A DNA stretch of 64,000 nucleotides from contig JAPPFW010000073.1 in the NCBI GenBank assembly GCA_028821575.1, positions 11,434 through 75,433 on the forward strand. The letters are read 5' to 3'. Source of the DNA: a bacterium (lineage in GTDB: Bacteria; Actinomycetota; Acidimicrobiia; Spongiisociales; Spongiisociaceae). The translations under genes were made by a program, and so were the position numbers. The notes under the pieces are model-generated. The model saw nothing but the letters and a program-made list of their open reading frames with translations, had not been told where the DNA came from and did not search any database. Shown piece by piece: positions 9,059 to 17,631 of this stretch. The first letter of the stretch is position 1, and each line of letters begins with the position of its first letter.

Positions 9059-11143
9059 CTACTGCGAGATGGTGATCAGGGCGTCGACGGCCCATGCCGC
9101 GTCGGAGGTTACGACCAGCGGGTTGATCTCGATCTCCACCAACTCGGGGTGTTCCCTCATCAGGTTGAGCATCCGGTGGGTTACCGAGTTCATCGTGTCC
9201 AACCTGGCGCGGGGTCCGTCCCCGGAACCCAGCAACCGCCGGCCGATCCGGATGCGTCCGAGGGCCCTGTGGAGGACGGGCGTCAGGGCGGGCAGCAGCA
9301 GGGTCGTGGTGTCGGCCAGCAGTTCCACCAGTGTGCCCCCGGCGCCGAGGGTGAGCACGTGCCCGATCGGTGCGTCGCGGCGGACCGACACGAGCAGTTC
9401 GACGACTCCTCCGGTCACCTGTTCCTCGACGAGAACCGGGCGGGCGCGATCACCCAATCGGTGGACGGCCGTCGCCAGCTCGTCCGGGGTACCGATGTCC
9501 GTGATGACACCGCCCAGATCGGTCTTGTGGTCTGGGCCCACCGCCTTGGCAACCAGCGGGAAGCGGAGCCTCGGGATTGGGGGGTTCCCACCGGCCAGGT
9601 CGGCGACGGTAAGTACCACACCACGAGGGACGTTCACCCCTGCCTCCCGCAGCAGGGTCTTGGCCGAGGGCTCGTCGATGGTCCGGTAGGACTCGGCAGG
9701 CTCCGGGTCACCGGCCGGAAGGTGTAGGGGTGGTGCCTCGCTCGCGAACCACTGCCCGACGGCCGCGGCGGCTGCGAGCCCGGCAAGCCCTTCGTCGATC
9801 GAGTAGGCGACGCCGAGACCCTGCCCGGTGGCGTATTTCCGGATCCGCGCCGGGAGGTTCTCCGCCAGGCCGGCCGCGATCAACGCCCGGGTTCCTGTAG
9901 TTGCGGAAGCCGAGGCGAAGCCTCGGAGGGTGGGCCACCACTCGGTGTCCTCACTCCCGGCCGAGGGCCAGTCGAGTACCAGCATGGCCGCGTCGACGGG
10001 GCCGGTCAGCACCTCTGTGAAGCATTGCTCCAGCGCCGCGATGTCTCCCCAGATGAATGTGTGGTAATCGAGCGGGTTGGTGATCGTCACCAGGTCGGAC
10101 AGGGTGGCCCTGACCCGCGCTGTATGCTCCGGGGCGAACGGCTCGAAGACCACCGGGTAGTGGACGGATCGGTCGGCTACCAGGGCCGCTTCGCCCCCCG
10201 AGCACGACAGGGACACCAAGCGGTTCCCGGGGAGAGGACCGATCGTACCGACTACGCCCAAGGTGGTCGTGAACTCGGGTAGCGAGTCGACGACCACGAC
10301 CCCGTAACGCTCGAAGAGTGCGTCATATGAGGCCGCCGGTGTCGCCAGGGCAGCGGTATGGGACGTGGTGATGAGTCCCGCCCGGTCCGTTCGCCCGGTC
10401 TTCAGGACGACTACCGGAGTACCGGTCTCGTGGCATGCGAGGGCCGCCCTTCCGAACTCGAGGGGATCGTTGATCGACTCGAGGTAGAGCCCCACCGCCG
10501 TCACCTCGGGCCGGCCGGCGAAGTAGAGCAGGCCCTCCTCGGCGGTGACTGACGCCTGGTTGCCCACCGAGACCACATGGGCGAAGTCCACCCCCCGGTT
10601 GTTCATGGTGAGGTTCAGGGCAATGTTTCCCGACTGGCTGATCAGGGCGGGTCCGTTGTCCACCCGGCAACAGCCGTGGACATCAGGCCACATGGCGGCG
10701 CCGTTCACCGCGTTGATCGTTCCGTAGCAGTTGGGGCCCACGAGGGGCATGTCGTGGCCGGTGAGCAGCCGCTGCTGCAGTTCCGCTCCCTCCGTCCCGG
10801 CCTCCGCGAACCCGGAGGCGTGGAGGACGGCGCCACCACATCCGATACGGGCCAGTTGATGCACTATCTCGACCGTTGCCCAGCGGTTCACCGCCACGAA
10901 GGCTGCATCGGGCACGCCGGGAAGCTCGTCCAGGGATCGGTACACGGCGTTTCCCGCCATGGATCGGCGGGTCGGGTGCACCGGCCAGATCGTCCCGTCG
11001 AAACCGAGCCGGTCGGACTGCCGGATGGCCTGTAGGGCTGGATTCCCTCCTATCACCGCGATGGTGCGAGGTTCGAGAAGGCGCCGCAGGCTACGGCCCA
11101 TGCCGGTGTCCCCTGCAGCCGGGCGGTCGGTGGCTGCCATCAT
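9059..11143 (-). CDS. ADP-forming (NDP-forming) acyl-CoA synthetase. Context suggests a betaine/gamma-butyrobetaine:CoA ligase
   Basis: 694 aa. N-terminal CoA-binding and succinyl-CoA-synthetase-like domains (IAVIGGNP, GPNCYG), C-terminal ATP-grasp part. ATGA overlap with the upstream acyl-CoA dehydrogenase gene. Confidence 0.75.
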   Translation of the reverse strand: MMAATDRPAAGDTGMGRSLRRLLEPRTIAVIGGNPALQAIRQSDRLGFDGTIWPVHPTRRSMAGNAVYRSLDELPGVPDAAFVAVNRWATVEIVHQLARIGCGGAVLHASGFAEAGTEGAELQQRLLTGHDMPLVGPNCYGTINAVNGAAMWPDVHGCCRVDNGPALISQSGNIALNLTMNNRGVDFAHVVSVGNQASVTAEEGLLYFAGRPEVTAVGLYLESINDPLEFGRAALACHETGTPVVVLKTGRTDRAGLITTSHTAALATPAASYDALFERYGVVVVDSLPEFTTTLGVVGTIGPLPGNRLVSLSCSGGEAALVADRSVHYPVVFEPFAPEHTARVRATLSDLVTITNPLDYHTFIWGDIAALEQCFTEVLTGPVDAAMLVLDWPSAGSEDTEWWPTLRGFASASATTGTRALIAAGLAENLPARIRKYATGQGLGVAYSIDEGLAGLAAAAAVGQWFASEAPPLHLPAGDPEPAESYRTIDEPSAKTLLREAGVNVPRGVVLTVADLAGGNPPIPRLRFPLVAKAVGPDHKTDLGGVITDIGTPDELATAVHRLGDRARPVLVEEQVTGGVVELLVSVRRDAPIGHVLTLGAGGTLVELLADTTTLLLPALTPVLHRALGRIRIGRRLLGSGDGPRARLDTMNSVTHRMLNLMREHPELVEIEINPLVVTSDAAWAVDALITISQ

Positions 11144-12300
11144 CCGCCCAACGGTCGGAGCATGCTCCGGGAGATGATGTGGCGCTGAATCTCGGAGGTG
11201 CCGTCCCAGATGCGGTCGACCCTGGTATCACGCCACAGGCGCTCCAGCGGAAGCTCGTCCATGAGGCCCATGCCTCCGAAGATCTGGATCGCTTCGTCGG
11301 TGACGAACTGGCACATCTCGCTGGCGTACAGCTTGGCCATCGCCGCGTCCGTGTCGCTCATGGTGCCCTCCCCTTCCTTCCAAGCGGCTCGGAGCGTGAG
11401 CAACTCGGCGGCCTCGTAGCGGGTCTGCATGTCCGCCAGCTTGAAGGACACCCCCTGGAACTTGCCGATCTGCTTACCGAACTGGGTGCGGTCCACCGCC
11501 CACGCGGTGGCCAGCCGTATGGCTCGCCGGGCCCTGCCGAGGCACACGGCTGCGACTTGGAGCCGGGTGGAGCCCAGCCACAGGTTGGCAACCGCGAAAC
11601 CCTGGTGCTCCTCTCCGAGGATCGCCGACTCCTGAACGCGGCAACCGTCGAAGTTCAGGATGAAGTTGTGGTAGCCGCGGTTGGACACCGCCCTGTATCC
11701 GGGTCGTACCTCGAAACCCGGGGTACCGATGTCCACCAGGAAGGCGGTGATCAGCTTGCGCGGACCCCTAGGGCCGGCCTCCTCGCCGGTGGCGGCGAAC
11801 AGGATCACGTAGTCGGCGAGGTCGGCGTGGCTGATGAAGTGCTTGGTGCCGTTGATCGTATAACCGGTCCCGTCGGGGACGGCGCTGCACTTCATACCCC
11901 GGAGGTCGGAACCCGCGTCCGGTTCGCTCATCGCCAGACATTCGACGCGGTCGCCCCGGATGGTCGGGAGCAGGTAGCGCTCGATCTGGTCCCCCTTGCA
12001 GGCCCGGAGGATGTTGGAAGGCCGGGCGACTATGTACTGGAGCGCGTAGGAAGCTGCGCCCAGTTCCCGCTCCACGAGCGCAAGAGTGACGGGATCCAGG
12101 CCGGCTCCACCGTACTCGACGGGCATGTTGGCGGCGTATATGCCGGCGGTAATGGCCCGTGACCTGATCTGGTCGACCAACTCGGGTGGTACCAGGCCGG
12201 AGCGGTCCACCTCCTCCTCGTAGGGGAAGAGTTCCCGCTCGGTGAACTCGCAGGCGACGTCCACGATCAGGCGCTGCTCGCCGGTGAGCCCGAAGTTCAT
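11140..12300 (-). CDS. acyl-CoA dehydrogenase (by context gamma-butyrobetainyl-CoA dehydrogenase-like)
   Basis: 386 aa with typical ACAD architecture (MSEPDAGSD, ...GGMG...ERLWRD.RV..I.DGTSEIQ). Confidence 0.85.
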   Translation of the reverse strand: MNFGLTGEQRLIVDVACEFTERELFPYEEEVDRSGLVPPELVDQIRSRAITAGIYAANMPVEYGGAGLDPVTLALVERELGAASYALQYIVARPSNILRACKGDQIERYLLPTIRGDRVECLAMSEPDAGSDLRGMKCSAVPDGTGYTINGTKHFISHADLADYVILFAATGEEAGPRGPRKLITAFLVDIGTPGFEVRPGYRAVSNRGYHNFILNFDGCRVQESAILGEEHQGFAVANLWLGSTRLQVAAVCLGRARRAIRLATAWAVDRTQFGKQIGKFQGVSFKLADMQTRYEAAELLTLRAAWKEGEGTMSDTDAAMAKLYASEMCQFVTDEAIQIFGGMGLMDELPLERLWRDTRVDRIWDGTSEIQRHIISRSMLRPLGG

Positions 12301-13784
12301 GACCCGCCCTTCGTGGCCATGATCCGTCCGAGGTACTCAGGGGCCGGTAGTCCCCGGTGCGCCTCCCGGATTGCCGCCAACGCATGGGCGGGAGTTCCCT
12401 CGATGGCCACCGGACGTCCGGTCACGGTGTTCATATGGAGCAACATTTGCTCGGTAGCAGCGACCAGGTCGCCGCTCGAGCCATCGAACATCTCGTGATA
12501 GAGGTGGAGTCGCTTGGGGTCGAGACCCACGACCCTGGTGGCGAAGCGCATCGATCCGTTGCCGCTCACCTCCCGCAGGTAGTTGATGTGCGTCTCCACC
12601 GTGTAGAACGAGTGTCCCTCCGCCCGGTACTCCTCGTCGTCGCCGATGTAACGGAAGAGTGCGTCCGTAGCCCATCCGAATGCGGTCAGGTAGGCCGCTT
12701 CGGTCACGTGGTTGTTGTAGTCGACCCAGTCGGGTTCCACGTCGCAACGGAACAACTCAAGGGGAGCGGGCACCTCCTCGTCCTCGGACCATGTGGCGGC
12801 CTCCTGGCCGTAGCGCCGGGCCTCCCGCCGAGTCAGGATGTCTCCCGCGCCCACACCGACCGAGCGAAGGGCCCTCATGGTGGCGACCAGGTAGTCGTCG
12901 CGAAGCCGTTCAAGGTTCTCGACCGACCTCCCCGCCGCCTGGTCGGCGGTTCCGTCCACCATGGTGTCGATCAGCGCGTCGCTGAGCTCGGGCGCCGCCG
13001 TCCTGGCCCAGGGGAGTCTGAGGGCAGGGCCGAACTGCTCCAGCATGTGGCGCATCCCTCCGCGGCCGCCTGCCAGATGGAAGGTGAGGTTGGTGCCCAT
13101 CCCGGCCCAGCGCAGCCCCGGCCCGTACATGATGGCGTCGTCGAGTTCTCCCGTGGTGGCGATGCCGTCGTTGACGAGGTGAAGGATCTCCCGCCACAGC
13201 GCCTCCTGCAGGCGGTCGGAGAGGTAGCCGGGGATCTCGTGGCGGACGACCAACGGGTACATGTCCAGGTAGTCGTACACCGCGGCTGCTCGTTCGACAG
13301 CACTCGTGGAGGTTCGTTCGCCGGCCACCACCTCGACAAGCGGGAGCAGGTACACGGGGTTGAAAGGATGCCCGATCACCACCCTCTCAGGCTGCGAACA
13401 ACCGGAGGCGATGCGGGTAGGCAGCAGCCCCGACGAACTTGAGGCGATCACCACCTCGGCCGGGGCGGCGGCATCGAGGCGTGTGAGCAGGTCACGCTTG
13501 AGCCGTTCGTCCTCCGGAGCCGATTCCTGTACGAAGTCGGCGAGGTCGCATACTGTCTCCGGGCTGTCCGCGAAGTGGACGCGATCGGGCCGCGCACCGG
13601 CATACAGGCCCAGTTGCTGGGCAGACGGCCAGGCCCGGTCGATTGCATCCCTGAGGCGTACTGCGGCGCCGGGCGCCGGATCCCAGGCCACCACGTCGAG
13701 GCCGCGGGCAAGCGCCCGGACGGCCCATCCGGATCCGATGACGCCGGTTCCGATCAAGCCGAATACGGCCGGCGGGAAGGTCAT
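12297..13784 (-). CDS. lcdH: L-carnitine dehydrogenase fused to a hotdog-fold (betainyl-CoA) thioesterase domain
   Basis: 495 aa. N-terminal 3-hydroxyacyl-CoA-dehydrogenase-type NAD fold (IGTGVIGSGWA). C-terminal roughly 150 aa is 4HBT/hotdog-like (VDYNNHVTEAAYL...ETHINYLRE). Adjacent to a BKACE gene, as in known carnitine loci. Confidence 0.75.
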   Translation of the reverse strand: MTFPPAVFGLIGTGVIGSGWAVRALARGLDVVAWDPAPGAAVRLRDAIDRAWPSAQQLGLYAGARPDRVHFADSPETVCDLADFVQESAPEDERLKRDLLTRLDAAAPAEVVIASSSSGLLPTRIASGCSQPERVVIGHPFNPVYLLPLVEVVAGERTSTSAVERAAAVYDYLDMYPLVVRHEIPGYLSDRLQEALWREILHLVNDGIATTGELDDAIMYGPGLRWAGMGTNLTFHLAGGRGGMRHMLEQFGPALRLPWARTAAPELSDALIDTMVDGTADQAAGRSVENLERLRDDYLVATMRALRSVGVGAGDILTRREARRYGQEAATWSEDEEVPAPLELFRCDVEPDWVDYNNHVTEAAYLTAFGWATDALFRYIGDDEEYRAEGHSFYTVETHINYLREVSGNGSMRFATRVVGLDPKRLHLYHEMFDGSSGDLVAATEQMLLHMNTVTGRPVAIEGTPAHALAAIREAHRGLPAPEYLGRIMATKGGS

Positions 13785-13844
13785 CTCCGGGAGGCGTCGG
13801 GCGAGGCTCGGTCCGTGACCGGATGAAACCGGACCGTCAGGGAG

Positions 13845-14774
13845 CTAGAAGGCAACGCGGTCCAGGCCTTTCAGCGCCAGGCGGTCCCGGGTCTCGGCCG
13901 GGGTTGCAGGCTCGCGGGATAGCTCGCGCAGGATGCGCACGATCTTGGCCACCTGCTCTGCGTTGGACTCGGCCAGCTTCCCCTTGCGCAGGTAGATGCC
14001 GTCCTCAAGGCCGACCCGGACGTTGCCCCCCAGCGTGGCGCCGGCAGTGACTATGTCGAACTGGTAGCGACCGCCTCCCAGGATCGACCATTCCAGGTCG
14101 TGACCGAACAGCCGGTTGGCGACCGTCTTCATCGCCACCACGTTCTCGATGTCCGGTCCTATGCCCCCGAACGTGCCCATGACGAACTGCATGAAGATCG
14201 GAGGCTGGATCAGGCCCCGGTCCGCGAAGTAGGCCAGCGTGTAGAGGTGGCCGACGTCGTAGGCCTCGAACTCAAAACGGCATCCGGTCTTCTCGGCGAG
14301 CACCGTCAGCATGTACTCGATGTCGGCGAACGTGTTTACGAAGGGTTCTCGCTTGGTGCTCTCGAGGTACGGCTCCTCCCAGTCGTACTTCCACCGGCCT
14401 TCGTAGCGAGGGATCATCTGGAAGAGCCCGTAGTTCATGGTTCCCAGATTGCAGGTGGCGAGTTCGGGTTTGAGGGTTTCGATCACCCGCAGGCGCTCTT
14501 CGATCGTCTGGCCGGTGGCGCCGCCGGTGGTGATCGAGATGACGGCGTCGCATTCGGCCTTGATGCCGGCACAGTATTCCCGGAAGATGCCCGGATCGGA
14601 GACGGGTCGCCCATCCACCGGGTCCCGGGCGTGGATGTGAATAACGCTCGCACCCTCACGGGCAGCGTCCACCGACTGGCGCACATGCTCGCCCACCGTC
14701 ACCGGGATGTCGCTGTTCATCGTGGGGGTATGGGAGGAACCCGTTACCGCGCAGGTGACTATCACGCCGCCCAT
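13845..14774 (-). CDS. beta-keto acid cleavage enzyme (BKACE/DUF849), likely dehydrocarnitine cleavage enzyme
   Basis: 309 aa. N-terminus VIVTCAVTGS...IHIHARDP...ISITTGG is typical of the 3-keto-5-aminohexanoate cleavage enzyme family. First gene of the carnitine operon. Confidence 0.8.
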   Translation of the reverse strand: MGGVIVTCAVTGSSHTPTMNSDIPVTVGEHVRQSVDAAREGASVIHIHARDPVDGRPVSDPGIFREYCAGIKAECDAVISITTGGATGQTIEERLRVIETLKPELATCNLGTMNYGLFQMIPRYEGRWKYDWEEPYLESTKREPFVNTFADIEYMLTVLAEKTGCRFEFEAYDVGHLYTLAYFADRGLIQPPIFMQFVMGTFGGIGPDIENVVAMKTVANRLFGHDLEWSILGGGRYQFDIVTAGATLGGNVRVGLEDGIYLRKGKLAESNAEQVAKIVRILRELSREPATPAETRDRLALKGLDRVAF

Positions 14775-14832
14775 TTCAGAAGCTCCTTGGTCGCTCGGTC
14801 TGTCCCGGTTAGGATCAGATCTGTTTCATAAT

Positions 14833-14856
14833 GCGGAACGTTCTGCTATACAGAAC
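14833..14856. promoter_or_regulatory. overlapping inverted repeats in the BKACE/iclR divergent promoter (putative operator)
   Basis: GCGGAAC|GTTCTGC (14833-14846, one mismatch) overlaps the perfect repeat GTTCTG-CTATA-CAGAAC (14840-14856). It contains ATGCGGAAC, the reverse complement of the GTTCCGCAT half-site seen in four other promoters. Confidence 0.5.
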
Positions 14857-14918
14857 TATCGAACCATAATCGGTCGCTATGCGGAGCGTCAACAGGTAAT
14901 GAGTATCAAGGAGCACCG

Positions 14919-15677
14919 ATGAGTCGATCCTCCACCATCCAATCGGTGGAGCGGGCTTTCGCGGTCCTGCGAGCCTTGGATCCGGCAGGCCAAGCGGTCT
15001 CGCTTGCGGCCATCGCGGGTAGCACGGGCTTGCCCAAGAGCACGGCAAGCCGACTTCTTTCAACCATGGTTGGTATAGGAGTGGTCGAGAAGATCTCGGA
15101 GGCTGGCTACGTCGTGGGCCGCGAGCTACGGGCCATCGCACATCCGGGGGTGGGTCCCTCGGAACTCGTAGGTGTGTCCGCAACCTACATGCGTGACCTC
15201 GTTGACGAGATAGGGGAGGACGCAGGATTGGGGGTACCGGACGGGGACCACGTCCTATACATCGACCAGGTACAGAAGAGCCGCCCGGTCCAGGTCCAGG
15301 ACTGGACGGGCGAGAGATTCGAGCATCACACCAACGCGGCCGGTTACGTATTCCTGGCAGCCCTGGACGATGAGGACCTGGACGCGTATCTGGCCCGCCC
15401 CCTTACCAAGCTCAGTCCTGCTACCGAGACCGATCCTTCCCGGCTGCGCGAACTGATCGAATCGACCAGGAGGAACGGCTATGCCTGGAGCTTTGAGGTT
15501 TGGGCGGAGGGCGTCAACGGAGTTGCCGCCCCGATCACTGATACGAGAGGCAAAGCGGTCGCCGCCGTCAACGTGTTCGGGCCTGCATATCGCTTTCCGG
15601 GTGACCGGGACCAACGCGCAATCGGCCGGCGTATGATCGAGACAGCAACACGTATCTCGCGATACTTGGGTGCCTAG
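14919..15677 (+). CDS. IclR-family transcriptional regulator
   Basis: 252 aa. N-terminal winged HTH (SVERAFAVLRAL...LAAIAGSTGLPKSTASRLL) and C-terminal IclR effector domain. Divergent from the carnitine operon. Confidence 0.85.
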   Translation: MSRSSTIQSVERAFAVLRALDPAGQAVSLAAIAGSTGLPKSTASRLLSTMVGIGVVEKISEAGYVVGRELRAIAHPGVGPSELVGVSATYMRDLVDEIGEDAGLGVPDGDHVLYIDQVQKSRPVQVQDWTGERFEHHTNAAGYVFLAALDDEDLDAYLARPLTKLSPATETDPSRLRELIESTRRNGYAWSFEVWAEGVNGVAAPITDTRGKAVAAVNVFGPAYRFPGDRDQRAIGRRMIETATRISRYLGA

Positions 15678-15776
15678 GAGGGTGTTCTCCTGCGCATGAT
15701 GCAGGGGCCACCGCATGCAGGATCGAGAGTACGACACCGCTCAGCTTCGAGACCACGCGCCGGGAGTCCGTGCCGG

Positions 15777-17003
15777 TCATGCCGGGAAGGCCTGTCCTCG
15801 GCGGGTGGCTACCGCCGAGGCGGCGAGTGTGATCGCCGCGCAAGCCATCACGACTATGCCGTAGGCCCTGGGGGTGCCGTCGTTGAACACGCCCACGGCG
15901 GCGCTACCGGCCGCCCCGATCGTGAAGCGGACGAAGGTGGAGAACGCCGAGGCGCTGCCGGCCAGGTCGGGGGGGAACTCGTCCAGCACCCCCGCTTGGG
16001 TGCCGGGGGTCACCAGATGGACCATCGCCAGGACGGCTGTGGAGGCGGTGACCACTCCGGCAAGACCCCACAGGTCGGTGCGGGTCAGCAACCACAGCAC
16101 CGCGGCCAGGCCGGTCAGGCAGATCGATCCTGCCAGGACCACCCTCGGATATCCGACAATCGGGATGTAGCGGATATTGACGCCTTGGGCTAGCCAGGCG
16201 CCGATCACGGCAACGCCGAACAGCGCGCCGAACCACTGCTCCTCCAAGCCGTAATAGTCGATGTATATGAACGGGGTGGCGGCCAGGTAGGCGAACAGGA
16301 CGCCGGCGGAGGCGCCGCCCGCGAACGCGTATGCGACCGCCGTCCGCGATCGGGCGATGGACACGTAACCGCGTGCGACGGTGCCGATGTCCATGGATCG
16401 CCGCAACTCCGGAGGGAGAGTCTCCGGTAGCCAGACGAATCCGGCCAGGAACATCAGACCGCTGATGCCCGCCAGTAGCACGAAGATGGCCCGCCAACTC
16501 CACGCGAGAAGCATGAGCCCGCCAATGAAAGGCGCCACGATGGGCGCACCGAGGATTACCACGGTCAGCACGGACATGGCGCGGGCCAGGGAGTCGCCCG
16601 ATAGAAGATCGCGGAACATGCTGCGCGTCAGCGCTATCGACGTACCACCGCAGGCTGCCTGGGCAAGCCGCAGGCCGATCAGCGCCTCGATCGAGTCGAC
16701 GGTGGCGATCAACAGGCTCATCAGGGCGTATACGACCAGCGAGGCCAGGATCAGGCGGCGCCTTCCCATGGCGTCGGAGATCGGTCCGAAGACCACAGGA
16801 CCCAGCACCATTCCGAACAGGAAGGCCGTGACGGACAATTGCGTCATCCCCGCGGACGCGCCGAGCGAAGAGGCCATCGAGGGAAGCGCCGGGAGGTACA
16901 TGTCGACGGAGAGTGGACCGAGCGACGCTATGAATCCCAGTAGCAGGTAGAGGCTGAGGCGCAGGTCGGACGACCGGGGCCGGACTCTGCCACCGGAACT
17001 CAC
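15777..17003 (-). CDS. MFS transporter (Bcr/CflA-like)
   Basis: 408 aa with 12 hydrophobic segments and the motif GPISDAMGRRRL typical of DHA1 MFS. Confidence 0.8.
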   Translation of the reverse strand: MSSGGRVRPRSSDLRLSLYLLLGFIASLGPLSVDMYLPALPSMASSLGASAGMTQLSVTAFLFGMVLGPVVFGPISDAMGRRRLILASLVVYALMSLLIATVDSIEALIGLRLAQAACGGTSIALTRSMFRDLLSGDSLARAMSVLTVVILGAPIVAPFIGGLMLLAWSWRAIFVLLAGISGLMFLAGFVWLPETLPPELRRSMDIGTVARGYVSIARSRTAVAYAFAGGASAGVLFAYLAATPFIYIDYYGLEEQWFGALFGVAVIGAWLAQGVNIRYIPIVGYPRVVLAGSICLTGLAAVLWLLTRTDLWGLAGVVTASTAVLAMVHLVTPGTQAGVLDEFPPDLAGSASAFSTFVRFTIGAAGSAAVGVFNDGTPRAYGIVVMACAAITLAASAVATRRGQAFPA

Positions 17004-17384
17004 GGGGCGTATCCGGGATGGAGAACTACGGGCCCGGCCGGTTCAGCAAGTGCCGGTTTGATCCCTCGACCCGGAGCCGACGGGCGGCTCGGATGAGCGG
17101 GATCCACCACGGGAGAGGTCCGCCGGTACTGTCAGATCTCATCCTGGCCAACTCCTAGCATGCTCGTGTCAACGCCCACCGCGACCGGATGGTACCCAAC
17201 GACACGATTAGAAGGAACAGGCCATTTGCTGTCCTCCCACGGAGAACGGCGTTGGTGGTTGGCTCGGCAGGGGTCCGCACTGATTAGGCACCTCAACGGA
17301 TTCGAGAGATACGAAAACGGTTGTCAGCTAGTGCTGGTTCGGTAGTAGAGTTGGAGTGCCCAAGCGACCGCCATCACTACGGAG

Positions 17385-17579
17385 GTGTCCGCCGTGGCCG
17401 ACGCTACCGAGGGCTACGTACAGGCTCAGACCGGGCGTTTGCGCGCCGAAGGTCAGGCTGACCTAGCCGAGCCGATGCTGAGGATTCACAAGGATCGGAA
17501 GTTCTTCGTGACTTGGATCGTCGGTACGGGCATGGCTGTGGCAGGTGTGGTCATCGCGTTTGTCGCGATCCTCAGCTGA
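17385..17579 (+). CDS. hypothetical small tail-anchored membrane protein
   Basis: 64-aa ORF (GTG start) with one C-terminal hydrophobic helix (FFVTWIVGTGMAVAGVVIAFVAIL). GGAGG-like stretch upstream. No recognisable family. May not be expressed. Confidence 0.25.
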   Translation: MSAVADATEGYVQAQTGRLRAEGQADLAEPMLRIHKDRKFFVTWIVGTGMAVAGVVIAFVAILS

Positions 17580-17631
17580 AGGGAGGTCGCGTGGGTACCG
17601 AGTGGAAGCGGAATCGGCGGCTGAGCGCCTG

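Noticed and set aside
17160-17345. 61-codon ORF in the 17-kb intergenic gap.
   Set aside because: No RBS, no hydrophobic or motif features, and odd composition. It is most likely non-coding.
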